In this document: positions 29,078 through 32,000 of the stretch, one piece after another
Position numbering within the stretch: position 1 is the stretch's first letter
How the letters are laid out: each line of letters starts with the position of its first letter
Assembly (NCBI GenBank): GCA_023898505.1
Contig: CP060226.1
Coordinates: 538,152 to 570,151, forward strand
Length of the DNA: 32,000 bases
Reading direction: 5' to 3'
Origin: Candidatus Peribacteria bacterium
Lineage (GTDB): Bacteria > Patescibacteriota > Gracilibacteria > BD1-5 > UBA6164
Made by a program: the position numbers and the translations under genes
Notes under the pieces: model-generated
What the model saw: only the letters and a program-made list of their open reading frames with translations
The model's database searches: none
What the model was told of the DNA's origin: nothing

Positions 29078-31243
29078 TTACCTCCTTATAATCTTATACC
29101 TTCAAGATTTCTCTAACTTGTTATAAAAAGTCTGCCTTTTCTTGAATAACTTATCAAAATAATCTATATTTTTATCATGATAGTCATATATAACTTGTTT
29201 TTTCTTAGTCCTTTGGATTCTTCATATATATTGAATCAATTTTCACTCAAAAGAAAAAGGATAAACTAAAAACAAACAATCTAGCTCTCATATATCAAGT
29301 CACTCTCAAATTAACTGTCATGTAGATATAAGAACCTGAAAGTTTCATGATTTTATTTGCTGAAATTTTAGTTTTCTTTTTCAAATACCATCATCTCAAG
29401 TCAGAGTAATTGTTTCATGCTGATTTTTTAAATACATATTTATAAGCATAACATGGTCTTTTCTCTCAGTAAGAACAATTATTTTACGATTTTTTCAGAT
29501 TTCTTTGATTAAATCTTCTACAATCATAGTATTTCTATCAGTATCGTATACGAGAACTTTTGAAACCATTTCATAATTATCTATTTTATAATCAAATGGA
29601 ACAAAAAGGTTTGTTTCTTTGATATTTATATGATTTTTGATTGAACTTACTTTTTTAAAATCTCTATCAATAGTAGATATTATATCTCAAATATAACAAT
29701 ATATTAATTTTTCATCATTGTTTTTTCTCTTTGGAGTAGCTGTAAAACCATAAATATACTTAGAATTGAAGTTAACGACTGCTTCACGAAAGGTTTTCGC
29801 AGGTATATGATGGCATTCATCTATTATAATAAGTCCAAATTTATTCTTTATTTCACTCAAATCATCTTTTTTTACTATAGTCTGCATCATAGCTATTGTA
29901 ATTCAAGACTTTCAAACCTTATATTTTCAATTTCAAACCTGTCATATATCTTTTTTTATAATTCAAAGGAATGACTCTATTCTCTCAATCCATTGGTCAT
30001 ATAATTCTCTACGATGTACAATAATAAGAGCAGGTTGTTTTTTCCTTGCTATAAATTCAAGTCACATCACTGTTTTACCAGCTCAAGGAGGTGCTACAAT
30101 TATTCATGAATCCTCTTGTTCTATTTCTAAAAGTACTTTTTCTTGGTAATCATATAAATCAATGCTTGAACTATATTCTATTTCTTCAAATGTATTCCTA
30201 TAATCCTTGATAGTATATGTGGTATTATTTTTCTTTAAAAAGTCTTCTAACTGCTTCAAAAATCATATAGGAATAGCAATGTCTAAATCACTTTCATCAA
30301 TAACTTTGAAATACTTTTCAGTTTTATAGGTACTTTTTCATAATCTTTTCTTTACTAAATAGTCAGAATTAAAAAAATTTAAACTATCTTTTAAAAATTT
30401 TATAAGATTCGGTGTAAGATTTTCTCTTTTTATGATGATCTGGTTACGAATAATAATTTCAAATCAATTTATATTGTTACTTATTATAGGTGTTTCTATA
30501 TTTTTATCATCACATACTAAGACAGAATAAATCTCATCTAATTCTTTAACTGAAATTTTCTCTATGTTCTCTAAAAATTCCCACTGATTTTCTATAACAG
30601 AAGCATCTAATACATTTATAAAACAAGAATTATCTTGTTTTAGTGATTCTCACTGAAAAGGTAGAGCAATAAGATTACCAAATCATTTTCAGGTTAGATA
30701 ATCTTGATTTGGGAATAATCTATCAAAACTAAATTCTTTTTCAAAAATACTTACATTTAAAGATTTTTTAAGTAATTCAAAAAGTATTTTTCTACTTTTT
30801 ATGGCAGGATATTTACTTTCAAAGAATATCCATACATGTCATCCATTTCAAGAACGACTTCTTTCTATATAAGTAGGTATATCATAAACTTCACAAACCT
30901 TAATGAGATTCTTGCATTCCTCTAACCAATTTTTCTTATCAAAATCAGCAACTATAAAATTTGAGTTATTATTAGCTAAAAGTGGATAGATTCATAATGT
31001 TTTACCTCAAAGTAAATGACTGTATATTGCTTTATCTGTAAGAGCTAATAAAGTTTTATTCTCAAAATTACTAATATTTCATCATTTAGCTCTATGAGCT
31101 GAAAATTCATTCCAGTCAAAATCATAAGCTGGCATATATCCACTGTTTCAGTTTTTCTCCCAACGAATAGCATATATATCCTCTCTTCATAGAAAAAGAG
31201 ATCTGTATAGTTTAATTTTCTCTTTGGATATAAAATCAGGCAT
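29078..31243 (-). CDS. Fusion protein with an N-terminal AEP/prim-pol-like domain and a C-terminal SF2 DEAH-box helicase (721 aa)
   Basis: AEP-like motifs are IVADFD, SRSGNGGHVWIFF and FDRLFP...GNLIALPF. Helicase motifs are IIVAPPGAGKT, IIIDECHH, FTATP, ISTGQLIGEGLDIGELDCLFL and QYIGRIQR. Many of the motif Gly residues are TGA codons. Confidence 0.85.
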
Positions 31244-31572
31244 AGAAAAATATAGTTAAAAAACTGTCACGATTATACTATCTTATTAAAACGTGACAAA
31301 CTTATTTTTTAGATTTTTCACAAAAAAATAACCAACTTTTTTATATAATTTTGTTGGAAATACGCTACAAAATAAAGTCCTACTACATGCAAATGAGGTA
31401 GGTTTTTTATTTTTTAAGTTATTATTACGGAGAATCGAATGGAGAAAAGGAACTGAAACGAAAGTATGAAATATCACGATGAGTAAGAGTGATGTGAATC
31501 ACTGGAGTCAGTTATCTTTTGGATGCCCGACTTGCGGCAATTCTCCTTCTGGAGTAACAAAAGTAATCATCC

Positions 31573-31608
31573 AAAAAAGGAAGTATATAAAAATATACTT
31601 CCTTTTTT
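31573..31608. terminator. Bidirectional rho-independent terminator
   Basis: The 12-bp stem aaggaagtatat / atatacttcctt is flanked by an A-run and a T-run, just downstream of the minus-strand gene that ends at 31619. Confidence 0.7.
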
Positions 31609-31618
31609 GATTTTATAT

Positions 31619-32000
31619 CTACTCACCACCCTTCTTCAAGACCTTCTTTGAAAAATATCACTTCAACTCACTAAATACCTTTGCAAAGAGTGAACTCGTA
31701 GGCGCAGAGATAATTCACATGCGATAATCTGTCGGTTCATCTGTATACTCACTACACTCTAGAAAGATTTTGTTGGTACATCCTTGGCAACGAGACATAC
31801 TGAGCTTATGCATATAGATGTATGGAATAGCCTCGGATAAATGATCAAAGATATGTTCTTTCCCAATTTGAGCAATAAATCCTCCTCGAGAAAGTTCCAC
31901 AAGTACTTTGGTTTTTAGTCCGACAAAATAGAGCCCTCCCGCGAGCTTTCCGAGACGTTCGTTTTCTTTTTCAAGCATCTCCATACCACTCATATCGATA
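31619..32000 (-). CDS. C-terminal STAS-like end of a SulP-type anion transporter (5' end outside the window)
   Basis: The sequence MSGMEMLEKENERLGKLAGGLYFVGLKTKVLVELSRGGFIAQIGKEHIFDHLSEAI resembles a STAS domain. The frame reads through two TGA to TAG at 31619-31621. Confidence 0.55.

Larger units (their letters stand above)
27296..31559 (-). mobile_element. AT-rich genomic island at the tRNA-Glu 3' end (AEP-helicase, two unknown proteins, Fic); no integrase seen
   Basis: The composition shifts sharply to AT-rich and TGA becomes dense. The island starts at the 3' end of tRNA-Glu. An imperfect direct repeat of the tRNA 3' end lies at 31540-31559 (aattctccttctggagtaaca versus gattctccttgggagtacca). 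Confidence 0.5.

Noticed and set aside
31286-31477. A minus-strand ORF of 63 aa, or about 95 aa with TGA readthrough.
   Set aside because: It is low-complexity, overlaps the terminator-like and hairpin features, has no ribosome-binding site, and shows no recognisable similarity.
1-32000. TGA might encode tryptophan, as in code 4 (Mycoplasma type).
   Set aside because: TGA sits at invariant Gly positions (CFGCG, GxGKT, DGGGW, GNGRxGR). Trp positions use TGG, and the tRNA-Trp present has anticodon CCA.

Overview
This window looks like a candidate-phyla-radiation bacterium that reads TGA as glycine (genetic code 25, Gracilibacteria or Absconditabacteria type; the taxon is inferred). The standard-code ORF track therefore breaks most genes into pieces. 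Reading through TGA and stopping only at TAA or TAG restores full-length genes. From left to right the window contains: (1) 1-4941, the right end of an AT-rich integrated element with a CHC2 zinc-finger primase-like protein, a D5/P4-type helicase, an XRE HTH protein and a large serine recombinase. The recombinase ORF runs into the 3' end of tRNA-Trp(CCA). (2) A minus-strand core block: tsf, a small membrane protein, rpsB, an S1-domain protein, tRNA-His, two tandem DMT/EamA-like permeases, a C39-like cysteine peptidase and lepA. (3) A cNMP-binding protein. (4) A surface-protein cluster: a pilin-like protein with a fibrinogen-related C-terminus, a roughly 1285-aa pilin-like protein with LamG, SPRY and LamG domains, and a divergently transcribed 1123-aa secreted LamG/cadherin-like protein, with rsmA between them. 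(5) A third DMT-like permease, a DAACS-family symporter, rplK and tRNA-Glu(CUC). (6) 27296-31559, a second AT-rich island encoding a fusion of an archaeo-eukaryotic primase (AEP/prim-pol) domain to a DEAH helicase, two small unknown proteins and a class II Fic protein. The island ends in an imperfect copy of the tRNA-Glu 3' end. (7) The 3' end of a SulP/STAS-type gene. The most unusual signal is a set of small nested-hairpin repeat families. They are common in intergenic DNA and are also inserted in frame, without TAA or TAG, at four sites inside lepA, rsmA (two sites) and the pilin-like gene. All coordinates and translations were worked out by hand, so exact ends may be off by a few bases.
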